From Promethearchaeota archaeon (GTDB taxonomy: Archaea > Asgardarchaeota > Lokiarchaeia > Sigyniarchaeales > SOKP01): DNA of 64,000 bases. Position numbers and translations under genes: made by a program. The stretch is from contig JAUVNS010000007.1 in assembly GCA_030599585.1 (NCBI GenBank), forward strand, positions 160,001 to 224,000, written 5' to 3'. Shown piece after piece: positions 39,703-48,890 of this stretch. Position 1 is the first letter of the stretch; each line of letters begins with the position of its first letter. The notes below the pieces were generated by a model that saw only the letters and a list, made by a program, of their open reading frames with translations, was not told the DNA's origin and did no database searches.

Positions 39703-41160
39703 ATGACAGATTACCAAATTAACGATAAATGGATACTCGAAAGAGTCTCCTCTCAAAGTAATAGTTTTAGTGGATGGATGACAGATCTTTTAAAAGTAGT
39801 TGAACAAATAAATCCAGAAGTTTATGAAGATCTCAAAAAGGATAAGGATTTTTCATCCCTTAAAGACTTGGATAAAAAATTAACTCACGCTCAACAACAA
39901 ATAGAAAATATGGGGCGTTTTGGGAATTATATAAATAAAATGGGGGCTAAAGTGTCTAATTGGGTAATTAAAAAAGTTGAGAAAGAATTCAAAGAATCAT
40001 TGGTAGATATCGAGCTTGATTTGGATATTGATCTCATTACTGGTAAGCGAAAAGATTTGTCATCTGCTCTTTACGATGTGTCAAAAGAGAGGGGAGTTGA
40101 TTCAAAAGGATTATTATATCTAATAAAAGCTCTCCCAGATCTTGAGGCCTTTTTGTATAGTACAAGCGTAAAAAAGTACTATCGGGACCATACTGAGCAC
40201 GCTCTTCGGGTAGCAGTCTTAGGTGATTTCCTTTTAGAGCAAGATATTGGTCAAGGATCGATAGGAGGAATTATTTCTGAATTAACAGGTATTGATAAAG
40301 CTTATCTTAAAGATAAGTTATGGTGGATTACAGGGTTAATTCACGATATCGGGTACCCGTTAGGAAAAATGACAACAGCAGTTAACTATTCTTTAGTGAA
40401 TCAATTGTTGAAGTGTTATCCGACCTTGGATTTGGAATTTATTCCATTTGAAATTTCATTATCTTGGAAAGGTAACCAAGAGGAATACTTAAAAATTTTA
40501 GAAGAAGGTCTTTCTAAGGAAGCACGCGCTCTTTTAAGAAAAGGAGTAAGCTATGATAGTAATAACACTTTACCTCAAAAGTCGTATGTCTATCTGAGAA
40601 GTGAAAAAGGCCATTCTGAATTTAATTATCGGAGCAATATTATATTAGATCACGGAATAATCTCTGCACTTTCTCTTCTAAATGGACTTGGTACTCCTGA
40701 AGAACTTAAAAAGAATGACGAATTTAAAGGATATATTTTAGCGGCAAAGGCGATAGCTTTGCACAATTTTAAAGGTCAACTAAAAGAATTTACTTTTGAT
40801 AATCATCCACTTGGCTTTTTTCTTATGTTAATTGACGAATTACAAGAGTGGGGGAGACCTGTTCCAATCCAAGTTCGGGATACATACTTCACAACTGATC
40901 TAAAAAAAGTAACGCTTATTGATGAAGTTTTATTAAATGTAGACGAATTTTCATGGTTGTTTCAATTTAAAAATCAGAAAGCCAAAGACCTTATGAAATT
41001 TGATTTTAATATGTTCTCAATTGAAAAGCAAAAAACGTTTGCAAGATTAAATCGTGGAGATAGTTTCTCTGAAACAATAATCAATCTTCAAGACATTAAG
41101 ATCGATAAAGGAACTAAAAAGGAAGGAGAAATAATAAATCAGTCAACAATTATTATCTAG
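39703..41160 (+). CDS. HD-domain metal-dependent phosphohydrolase-like protein
   Basis: RDHTEHALRV, IHDIGYP, DHG, ALHN, LIDELQEWGR. Confidence 0.72.
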   Translation: MTDYQINDKWILERVSSQSNSFSGWMTDLLKVVEQINPEVYEDLKKDKDFSSLKDLDKKLTHAQQQIENMGRFGNYINKMGAKVSNWVIKKVEKEFKESLVDIELDLDIDLITGKRKDLSSALYDVSKERGVDSKGLLYLIKALPDLEAFLYSTSVKKYYRDHTEHALRVAVLGDFLLEQDIGQGSIGGIISELTGIDKAYLKDKLWWITGLIHDIGYPLGKMTTAVNYSLVNQLLKCYPTLDLEFIPFEISLSWKGNQEEYLKILEEGLSKEARALLRKGVSYDSNNTLPQKSYVYLRSEKGHSEFNYRSNIILDHGIISALSLLNGLGTPEELKKNDEFKGYILAAKAIALHNFKGQLKEFTFDNHPLGFFLMLIDELQEWGRPVPIQVRDTYFTTDLKKVTLIDEVLLNVDEFSWLFQFKNQKAKDLMKFDFNMFSIEKQKTFARLNRGDSFSETIINLQDIKIDKGTKKEGEIINQSTIII

Positions 41161-41241
41161 CAATAAAACACAATCCAATAGTTTTTTATTTAACGTGGTT
41201 TTATTTTTCTAAATATTGGATTTTATACCGTGATGTAAAAG

Positions 41242-42117
41242 ATGGCTATAAGTGATAATATTGATCTCACAATCAAATTAAAAGACGGAAGGGCGCTTGG
41301 TTATATCGATATAGGGAACAAGGATGCAAAATCGGTTGTATTTCATTTTCACGGTTTTCCTGGATCTCGCCTTGAGGCAATGCTTCTAGCTGATAGAGCT
41401 ATTAAAAAAAATATTAGGCTTATTAGTATAGATAGACCGGGAATAGGACTTTCAGATTTTAAAAAGAATCGCACGCTTTTAGATTGGCCTGATGATGTTG
41501 TTGAATTAGCCGATGCTTTAGGGATAGATAACTTTGCTGTTGAAGGGATATCAGGAGGAGGTCCATATGCTGCAGCCTGTGCTTATAAAATCCCTGAGCG
41601 ATTAACATCTTGTGGGATAATAAGTGGAGTAGCTTCAAAAGATCTAGAAATTGAAAAAAAAAATAAAATATTTTCTATCATTCGATTATTTCCTTGGTTA
41701 TTCAAGTTGGTTATGTGGTTTAAATCTCGTGGTATGAAGGATTTAGAAAAAGCAGAAAAGAACTTGAAGAAAGCTTTATTAAAATTTCCAGAGGCTGATA
41801 GAAGAGTATTGGATGATCCTCAAATTCTTTCTAAGTTTATTAAAGAAAGTGCTGAAGCATTTCGCCAAGGAAGTAAAGGAGCATATCAAGAAGGGAAAAT
41901 TTACGCAAAATCGTGGGGTTTTAACCTTGAAGATATATCTCCAAACCTTAAAGTGTATATATGGCATGGAGAGGTGGATGATGCTGTACCCGTAGCTATG
42001 GGTCGCGGGATGTGTAAGTTAATCCCTAATTGTGCAGGGGAATTTTATCCCGACGAAGGACACTATTCTACGATTTTAAACTATTACGAAGATATTATCG
42101 AAGCTTTAACTTCTTAA
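41242..42117 (+). CDS. Alpha/beta hydrolase
   Basis: HGFPGSR, GISGGG nucleophile elbow, WHGEVD, EGH. Confidence 0.88.
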   Translation: MAISDNIDLTIKLKDGRALGYIDIGNKDAKSVVFHFHGFPGSRLEAMLLADRAIKKNIRLISIDRPGIGLSDFKKNRTLLDWPDDVVELADALGIDNFAVEGISGGGPYAAACAYKIPERLTSCGIISGVASKDLEIEKKNKIFSIIRLFPWLFKLVMWFKSRGMKDLEKAEKNLKKALLKFPEADRRVLDDPQILSKFIKESAEAFRQGSKGAYQEGKIYAKSWGFNLEDISPNLKVYIWHGEVDDAVPVAMGRGMCKLIPNCAGEFYPDEGHYSTILNYYEDIIEALTS

Positions 42118-42245
42118 ATCTCCTAATTTCTTAGTTTGTTAATTTTAGAACCTTGAAATTCATTTATTGAATATTAGTATAAACTTTTTTTATGAACCTA
42201 TTTCTAATAACCTTATAAGTAAACATTTTATGGTTGTTTTAAACT

Positions 42246-43625
42246 TTGAAATACCGAATAGAAAAAGATGTTTTAGGCGAAGTAGAAGTTCCAATTGACG
42301 TATATTGGGGAATTAATACTCAAAGAGCTGTTCAGAATTTCCAAATTAGTGGTAAGAAATTCCCTAACATATTTATCATGTCGTTAGCACAACTTAAAAA
42401 AGCGTGTCTATTAGCAAATATGGAGTTGGGGTTAATCGATAAAGAACTTGGAGCTGCGATCTTACAAGCCGTTGACGAGATCTTAAACGAAGAGAAACAC
42501 TTAGATCAATTTCCAATTGATATCTATCAAACTGGAAGCGGGACTCAAACAAACATGAACATGAACGAAGTCTTAGCTAATAGAGCCTCTCAAATCTTAG
42601 GATCTCCTATGGGCAAAAAACATCCAGTCCATCCTAATGATCACGTAAATAAAAGCCAATCTTCTAACGATGTTATCCCAAGTACGATGCATATATCAAC
42701 TGTGCAAATGATCCAAAAATTAATTCCAGTATTAAACAGTTTAAAAGATGTTCTCTCTACTAAAATTGAAGAATTCGAAGATATTATCAAAGTAGGAAGA
42801 ACTCATTTACAAGATGCTATCCCAATACCACTATCGTTAGAGTTTAAAGTGTACAAAAAACAAATTGAAATTAATATTGAGCGATTAAAACATGTAATAG
42901 ATGAATTATTATTCATCCCAATAGGTGGTACAGCTTTAGGGACAGGTTTGAATGCTCAAAAAGATTTTGACAAACTCACCGTATCCCACCTCTCAAAAAT
43001 AACTTCGCTATCCATTAAACTCAATCCAGTAAAAGCAGAAGGAATATCTTCACATAATACTATAGCTTACGCTAGCAGTAGTTTAAGACTTTTAGCATTA
43101 TCACTTTTAAAAATGGCAAACGATATACGATGGATGGGTAGTGGTCCAAGAGCGGGTCTTTCAGAATTAATTCTACCACAAAATGAACCAGGATCGTCTA
43201 TAATGCCTGGAAAAATTAACCCCACCCAATCTGAAGCTTTAATTCAAGTTTGTCTTCAAGTGATTGGAAATGATTCTGTCGTTACAAGTGGAGAAATGTA
43301 TGGAAGCATTTTGGATTTAAACATGAGTAAACCAGTTATGATCGTAAATGTTCTTGAATCCATTGACATTTTAATCGGTGGAATTAATTCTTTTACTGGC
43401 CACTGTTTAGTAGACTTAAAAGCAAACGCGGAACAAATCGATTCGAACTTAGAGCAAATGTTAATGCTTGTTACTAACCTTACACCGATAATAGGTTATG
43501 ACAAATGTTCTGAAATTGCCCAACGGGCTTATAACGAAGGTAAATCGTGTAAAGTAGTAATTAAAGAGATGGGTTTAAAAATCGATAATTTGGACGAACT
43601 TTTAGATCCTAAGAATATGGTGTAG
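42246..43625 (+). CDS. fumC: Class II fumarate hydratase
   Basis: QTGSGTQTNMN, HPNDHVN, GRTHLQDA, GSSIMPGKINP. Confidence 0.93.
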   Translation: MKYRIEKDVLGEVEVPIDVYWGINTQRAVQNFQISGKKFPNIFIMSLAQLKKACLLANMELGLIDKELGAAILQAVDEILNEEKHLDQFPIDIYQTGSGTQTNMNMNEVLANRASQILGSPMGKKHPVHPNDHVNKSQSSNDVIPSTMHISTVQMIQKLIPVLNSLKDVLSTKIEEFEDIIKVGRTHLQDAIPIPLSLEFKVYKKQIEINIERLKHVIDELLFIPIGGTALGTGLNAQKDFDKLTVSHLSKITSLSIKLNPVKAEGISSHNTIAYASSSLRLLALSLLKMANDIRWMGSGPRAGLSELILPQNEPGSSIMPGKINPTQSEALIQVCLQVIGNDSVVTSGEMYGSILDLNMSKPVMIVNVLESIDILIGGINSFTGHCLVDLKANAEQIDSNLEQMLMLVTNLTPIIGYDKCSEIAQRAYNEGKSCKVVIKEMGLKIDNLDELLDPKNMV

Positions 43626-43645
43626 GAGAATATAGAGGTGAAAGT

Positions 43646-44701
43646 ATGACATTAGAAGAAATGACATTAACTAAGGTTCGAGAGGAAGCTAAGAAGAAAC
43701 TCATGGGAGTCTGTGGAGTATATAAAATATGCGATGGAGATGCAATGCGAATCTGTCAAGGTCAAAGCTATGGAAGACCACTTGGATTTGGTGGAATTGG
43801 GAGCGGGGCTTCTTTTAATAACAATGTTCTAGCTTTGAAAAAATTGAAGCTAAAAATGAAAACAATCGGAGATCATTTTGAAGCAGATACTACATATGAT
43901 TTTTTTGGTAGAGAACTATCAATGCCAATAATGGGGGCGAGTATAGCAGGAATAAATAGTTTTGGTGGAGAAAAGGTAATTTCAGAGAAGGAATTCTGCC
44001 GTTCAGTGGTTCTTGGTTGTAAAGATGCGGGAACAATAGGTTGGCGGGGTGACACTTATACATATTCGCTTGATGAGTCTTATGGAATTGACGCAATTGT
44101 TGAAGCTAATGGACTTGGTGTGAAAATCGTGAAACCAAGAGAACAAAAAGTAATCATAGACTTCTTTAAAAAAGCTGAAAAAGCGGGAAGTGTAGCTGTT
44201 GGAGTAGATATTGATGGGTGTGGGTCTTATGCTATGGCTACTCACAATAAACCTGTCTTTAATAAAAATTTTGATGATCTTAAAGAATTAGTATCATCGA
44301 CGACATTACCCGTAATCATAAAAGGAATTATGAGTTTAGATGATGCTGTTGCCGCAAAAGATGCAGGGGCAGCTGCAATAGTTGTCTCTAATCATGGGGG
44401 GAGAGTTTTAGATCATACTCCTGGAACTGTAGAAGTTCTTCCTGAAATTGTTGCTGAACTTGAGGGAAAAACTCGAATAATCATAGACGGGGGATTTCGA
44501 ACTGGATACGATATTTTGAAAGCACTTGCCCTTGGTGCTGAATCTGTATTAATCGGGCGAGATATCGTTAGAGCTGCTGTTGGAGCTGGAATAGAAGGTG
44601 TTAGACTTCAAATGGAACATCTACAGAAAACTCTAGCAAAGGCGATGAAAATGACAAATTGTAAGGATTTAACAGAAGTTAATAGATTCATTCTATATTA
44701 A
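43646..44701 (+). CDS. FMN-dependent alpha-hydroxy-acid dehydrogenase/oxidase family
   Basis: IIKGIM, VSNHGGRVLD, DGGFRTG.D, ALGA; Cys-containing N-terminal segment. Confidence 0.87.
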   Translation: MTLEEMTLTKVREEAKKKLMGVCGVYKICDGDAMRICQGQSYGRPLGFGGIGSGASFNNNVLALKKLKLKMKTIGDHFEADTTYDFFGRELSMPIMGASIAGINSFGGEKVISEKEFCRSVVLGCKDAGTIGWRGDTYTYSLDESYGIDAIVEANGLGVKIVKPREQKVIIDFFKKAEKAGSVAVGVDIDGCGSYAMATHNKPVFNKNFDDLKELVSSTTLPVIIKGIMSLDDAVAAKDAGAAAIVVSNHGGRVLDHTPGTVEVLPEIVAELEGKTRIIIDGGFRTGYDILKALALGAESVLIGRDIVRAAVGAGIEGVRLQMEHLQKTLAKAMKMTNCKDLTEVNRFILY

Positions 44702-44727
44702 TTTTTTAATATCTCTTATTCTATCAC

Positions 44728-44805
44728 AAGCTTAAGAAATATTTATTATACCACTCTACTTTAAGGTATTAATAGGATTTAACAAGCAAATAAGGTATTT
44801 TAATC
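44728..44805 (+). promoter_or_regulatory. Conserved upstream element of citrate synthase copy 1
   Basis: AAGCTTAAGAAATAT..TACTTTAAGGTA..TAGGATTTAAcAAGCAAaTAAGGTA; shared with 47566-47642. Confidence 0.7.
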
Positions 44806-46053
44806 GTGAAAGAAGATAAGAGAAAAATTGGTGAAGATTATAGTGATGCTGAATCCGAGCTCAGCGAGCTAGATCACCCAAAAATACATAAAGGTTTGGT
44901 TGGACTCTATGTGGATGAGAGTTTGATTACATATATTGATGGAGAAAATGGAAAATTATACTATCGTGGTTATCCTGTTAAAGAATTATGTGAGAATTCC
45001 ACTTTTGAGGAAGTTGCTTATTTGCTTATATTTGGAAAACTTCCTAGCAATTCTGAGTTTAAAGAGTTTAAAGATTTATTAATAAAAGAAAGAAATATTC
45101 CAGATAATATCATTAGTCTTCTAAAAAGTTTTCCAAGGAACACTACAAGGATTGAACTCCTAAGAACTGCAATCTCTGCTCTTTCATTGTATGATCCAGA
45201 TGATTATGATTATACTGAACCAGCCAATATTAGGAAAGGGCTTAGAATTGTTGCCAAAATGCCAACTTTATTAGCATTTGCTCATAGGATTCAAACTAAT
45301 TTGCCTCTTGTAGAACCTTCTGAAGATCTTTCTCATTCTGCAAATTATTATTATATGATGACGGGAAAAATACCAACCACGGATTTTGAACAAGCCTTTG
45401 ATGATGTATTAATCTGTCATGCAGATCATTCTATTAATTCTTCAACATTCTCTTGTCGTGTAACCGTCTCAACACTTTCAGATATTTATAGTGGTATTAC
45501 AAGTGCTATAGGTACACTGAGAGGCCCTCTGCACGGTGGGGCAAATGAGGCGGTCATGAAATATATGGTTAATGAGATAAAAAGAAAAGAATTTGTTATT
45601 CCTTGGGCAGAGAAAAAATTTGGAAGAAAAGAAAAAATTATGGGATTTGGACATAGAGTATACAAAACTTGGGACCCAAGAGCTAAAATTTTAAGAGGTC
45701 TATCAATGGGTTTTTATAAGAAAGCTCTAAATGGGGAATTAATTGATAAAATTCCTAATAATGGACATGACATCCACGATGAGGTTGATTATATCGTAGA
45801 AATGACTGAGATTCTCAATGATTATGTAATCAAAACTAAGAATATATATCCTAATGTAGATTTATATTCCGCAGGATTATTGCATATATTAGGAATTCCT
45901 ACAGCATCTTTTACACCATTATTCGCAGCAAGTAGATCGGCAGGATGGGTTGCTCACGCCATAGAACAACTTAAAGATAACAAACTAATCAGGCCTAGGC
46001 TTCGATATATTGGTGAACTAGATAAAAAATACGCGAAAATTGAAGAGAGATAA
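44806..46053 (+). CDS. gltA: Citrate synthase / 2-methylcitrate synthase (copy 1)
   Basis: LYYRGY, HADH, GPLHGGANE, MGFGHRVYK, PNVD, LIRPR. Confidence 0.88.
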   Translation: MKEDKRKIGEDYSDAESELSELDHPKIHKGLVGLYVDESLITYIDGENGKLYYRGYPVKELCENSTFEEVAYLLIFGKLPSNSEFKEFKDLLIKERNIPDNIISLLKSFPRNTTRIELLRTAISALSLYDPDDYDYTEPANIRKGLRIVAKMPTLLAFAHRIQTNLPLVEPSEDLSHSANYYYMMTGKIPTTDFEQAFDDVLICHADHSINSSTFSCRVTVSTLSDIYSGITSAIGTLRGPLHGGANEAVMKYMVNEIKRKEFVIPWAEKKFGRKEKIMGFGHRVYKTWDPRAKILRGLSMGFYKKALNGELIDKIPNNGHDIHDEVDYIVEMTEILNDYVIKTKNIYPNVDLYSAGLLHILGIPTASFTPLFAASRSAGWVAHAIEQLKDNKLIRPRLRYIGELDKKYAKIEER

Positions 46054-46121
46054 GTAAATTAAATGAATATAATTGTTACCAATCTCTATCTATCAAAGGC
46101 AAGCGTATTAAGTGTAGAATT

Positions 46122-47489
46122 TTGAATCAGCCCATTACTCGATCTAAAGATGAGAAATCATCTAAAGTTATAACAAGAACCCCAGATTTTAATTCGATGA
46201 TCCGAATTACTTTTTGGAACGGGTTAGGCTTTATCTTCTTCACATTTATTAAATCTTATGTCGTAATTTATTTTTTTGGAGGTTCTGGATTTGATTTAGG
46301 AATAATTATGGCATTGCAACCCTTAGCAAGACTCTTTTCAATGCCCTTAATTGCTTATTTAACAGATCGAGCTTCAAAGAAACGATTAGTCTTGATTGGT
46401 TCCGTAGGTCGAACAATAGCTTACATATTTTACTGGTTCTCACTTGTCGTTAATGATCTTTATTTATTTGGCGCAGGAACATTAATTCAAGGATTACTTG
46501 TTGGATTTTTCTGGCCGCCTTTTTATTCCTTGATTTCAGAGAAATCATTTAAAGGTAGTAGAACTCAAGCATTAGCAACAGGAAGAGGAAAAATGATTGG
46601 ATATGGATTTGTAATTGGAGCTTTAATTAGTATTCCTATTTTTGCTTTTTTTAGCTTTATAATGCCTGAGAATATTCCATTAATCTATAGCCCACTTCTG
46701 ATATTTGCCTTTATCAATTTAATTGCGGGACATCGTTTTTATTTGAAAGTAGACGAAAATCTCACTTTTGAAAAATATATCACTTCATTAGACGGTCATA
46801 ACATTAAACTTCCGGTTTTAAACGAGAATAAAACTACTGATGTCGGGACAAAAGAAGCTCATGAGACTAAATCGAATAGGTTTTTCAATATCGGTTTTAT
46901 CACTTTAATCATTGCAATATTAGTAACTTCTATTAGTGGAACAATCTATTCACCTTTCGTTTCAGCTTACTTAATTGAAAACTTGTTAATCGGCTTTACT
47001 GAGACAATTATTCCCATTGTCGTCATGATCGTCTATTTTCCTGCCCAAGTTTTTTCACAATTACTCGTATCAAAAGTAGGGAAATTACTTGACCATATAT
47101 CTCCCACTAAAAGTATCGTAACAATCAACCTGTTTAAATCTTTATTAATATGGCTTCTTGTTTTTACATTCACACCATACGATTTCGCGATAATTCTGAT
47201 TTTCTTGTATTTGGCATTAGAATCTAACACATACTTCATCCAAGCAATAATGAGTAGAATTTCAATTAAACATAGAGGAAAGATGTTTGGCTTGAACATT
47301 TGGATTGATCAATTAGGAAGGGTAATCGGACCATTAATTGGTGGAATTTTATGGGATTCATTGTCATATAGCGCTCCATTTATAGTCTCCATTTTTATTG
47401 GATTAGGCCTTATACCGATTTTTATTATCGCAATTAAAAAATTGAACTTTCATTTAGTTGAACAAGTTGAAAGAGATAAAAAAAAATAA
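46122..47489 (+). CDS. MFS transporter
   Basis: About 12 TMs, YLTDRASKK loop motif, RGKMFG, GPLIGG. Confidence 0.85.
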   Translation: MNQPITRSKDEKSSKVITRTPDFNSMIRITFWNGLGFIFFTFIKSYVVIYFFGGSGFDLGIIMALQPLARLFSMPLIAYLTDRASKKRLVLIGSVGRTIAYIFYWFSLVVNDLYLFGAGTLIQGLLVGFFWPPFYSLISEKSFKGSRTQALATGRGKMIGYGFVIGALISIPIFAFFSFIMPENIPLIYSPLLIFAFINLIAGHRFYLKVDENLTFEKYITSLDGHNIKLPVLNENKTTDVGTKEAHETKSNRFFNIGFITLIIAILVTSISGTIYSPFVSAYLIENLLIGFTETIIPIVVMIVYFPAQVFSQLLVSKVGKLLDHISPTKSIVTINLFKSLLIWLLVFTFTPYDFAIILIFLYLALESNTYFIQAIMSRISIKHRGKMFGLNIWIDQLGRVIGPLIGGILWDSLSYSAPFIVSIFIGLGLIPIFIIAIKKLNFHLVEQVERDKKK

Positions 47490-47565
47490 AATCTAAATGA
47501 GTTTCAAATTCTAGCATTGTTTATTGTATCGTTTCTCTTATTTGTTTTCAAAATTAATGATTTAA

Positions 47566-47642
47566 AAGCTTAAGAAATATATATCTTTCTTTTTTACTTT
47601 AAGGTAGTTTTAGGATTTAATAAGCAACTAAGGTAACTAATT
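47566..47642 (+). promoter_or_regulatory. Conserved upstream element of citrate synthase copy 2
   Basis: AAGCTTAAGAAATAT..TACTTTAAGGTA..TAGGATTTAAtAAGCAAcTAAGGTA; homologous to 44728-44805. Confidence 0.7.
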
Positions 47643-48890
47643 ATGAAAAAAGATACTCGTAAAATAAAAGAAGATTATATAGCAGAAGGACCTCAACTCT
47701 GCAATCTTGATAGATCAAAAACATATAAGGGATTGGTCGGAATTTATGTTGATGAAAGTTTAATTACTTTGATTGATGGGGAAAAGGGTAAGTTATATTA
47801 TAGAGGATATCCACTTAAGGATTTGGTAAACAATTCAAGTTTCGAAGAAGTCGCTTACCTCTTAATCTATGGAAATTTACCAACCGTTTCTGAACTCGAA
47901 ATATTTAAGAACGAGCTGATAAAAGAGCGCACTATCCCAGACAGCATCGTGACAATTTTAAAAAGTTATCCTCGGAATACTACTCGAATTGAATTGTTAA
48001 GGACTTCGGTTTCTGCGTTGTCTCTTTATGATGCTGACGATTATGTCTATACAGAAGAAGCAAACATTAGAAAGGGAATTAGGATAATAGCTAAAATACC
48101 AACAATTCTCGCGTTTGCTCATAGAATTCAAGAAAACCTATCATTAGTAGAACCATCAGAAGACCTTTCTCATGCTGGAAATTACTATTATATGATGACT
48201 GGAAAGAAACCAAGCAAGGATTTTGAGAGAGCTTTCGATAAAATTCTCATTTGTCACGCAGACCATTCGATAAATTCATCTACTTTCTCATGTCGAGTAA
48301 CTGTATCTACATTATCTGATATATATAGTGGAATAACAAGCGCTATTGGAACTCTTAGAGGGCCACTACATGGTGGTGCGAACGAGAGAGTAGTTAGATT
48401 AATGCTCGAAGAGATTAAAAAAAAAGAAAATGTTATTCCTTGGGTCAAAAATAAGCTGGAGAATAAAGAAAAGGTCATGGGTTTCGGTCATCGTGTCTAT
48501 AAGACGTGGGATCCACGCGCTATTATCCTCCGAGCTTTGTCTAAAGAATTTTGGGAAAAAGAAGAGAGTGGAAAGATTGATAAAATCCCTGACCAAGAAC
48601 ATGAAGCACATCGTGGAGATATTGATAATATTTTTCAGATGACTGAAATGCTCACTGATTATATTATCAAAACAAAAAATATTTACCCGAATGTAGACTT
48701 ATATTCTGCGGGATTACTTCACGTTTTAGGAATACCAACGCCATTATTCACGCCGTTATTTGCAGCGAGTAGATCCGCAGGATGGGTTGCTCACGCTCTT
48801 GAACAGCTCAAGGACAATAAATTGATTAGACCAAGACTTCGATATATTGGTGAGTTAGATAAAAAATACGTAAAAATTGAAGAAAGGTAA
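47643..48890 (+). CDS. gltA: Citrate synthase / 2-methylcitrate synthase (copy 2)
   Basis: Same motifs and same length (415 aa) as copy 1; abuts acnA. Confidence 0.88.
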   Translation: MKKDTRKIKEDYIAEGPQLCNLDRSKTYKGLVGIYVDESLITLIDGEKGKLYYRGYPLKDLVNNSSFEEVAYLLIYGNLPTVSELEIFKNELIKERTIPDSIVTILKSYPRNTTRIELLRTSVSALSLYDADDYVYTEEANIRKGIRIIAKIPTILAFAHRIQENLSLVEPSEDLSHAGNYYYMMTGKKPSKDFERAFDKILICHADHSINSSTFSCRVTVSTLSDIYSGITSAIGTLRGPLHGGANERVVRLMLEEIKKKENVIPWVKNKLENKEKVMGFGHRVYKTWDPRAIILRALSKEFWEKEESGKIDKIPDQEHEAHRGDIDNIFQMTEMLTDYIIKTKNIYPNVDLYSAGLLHVLGIPTPLFTPLFAASRSAGWVAHALEQLKDNKLIRPRLRYIGELDKKYVKIEER

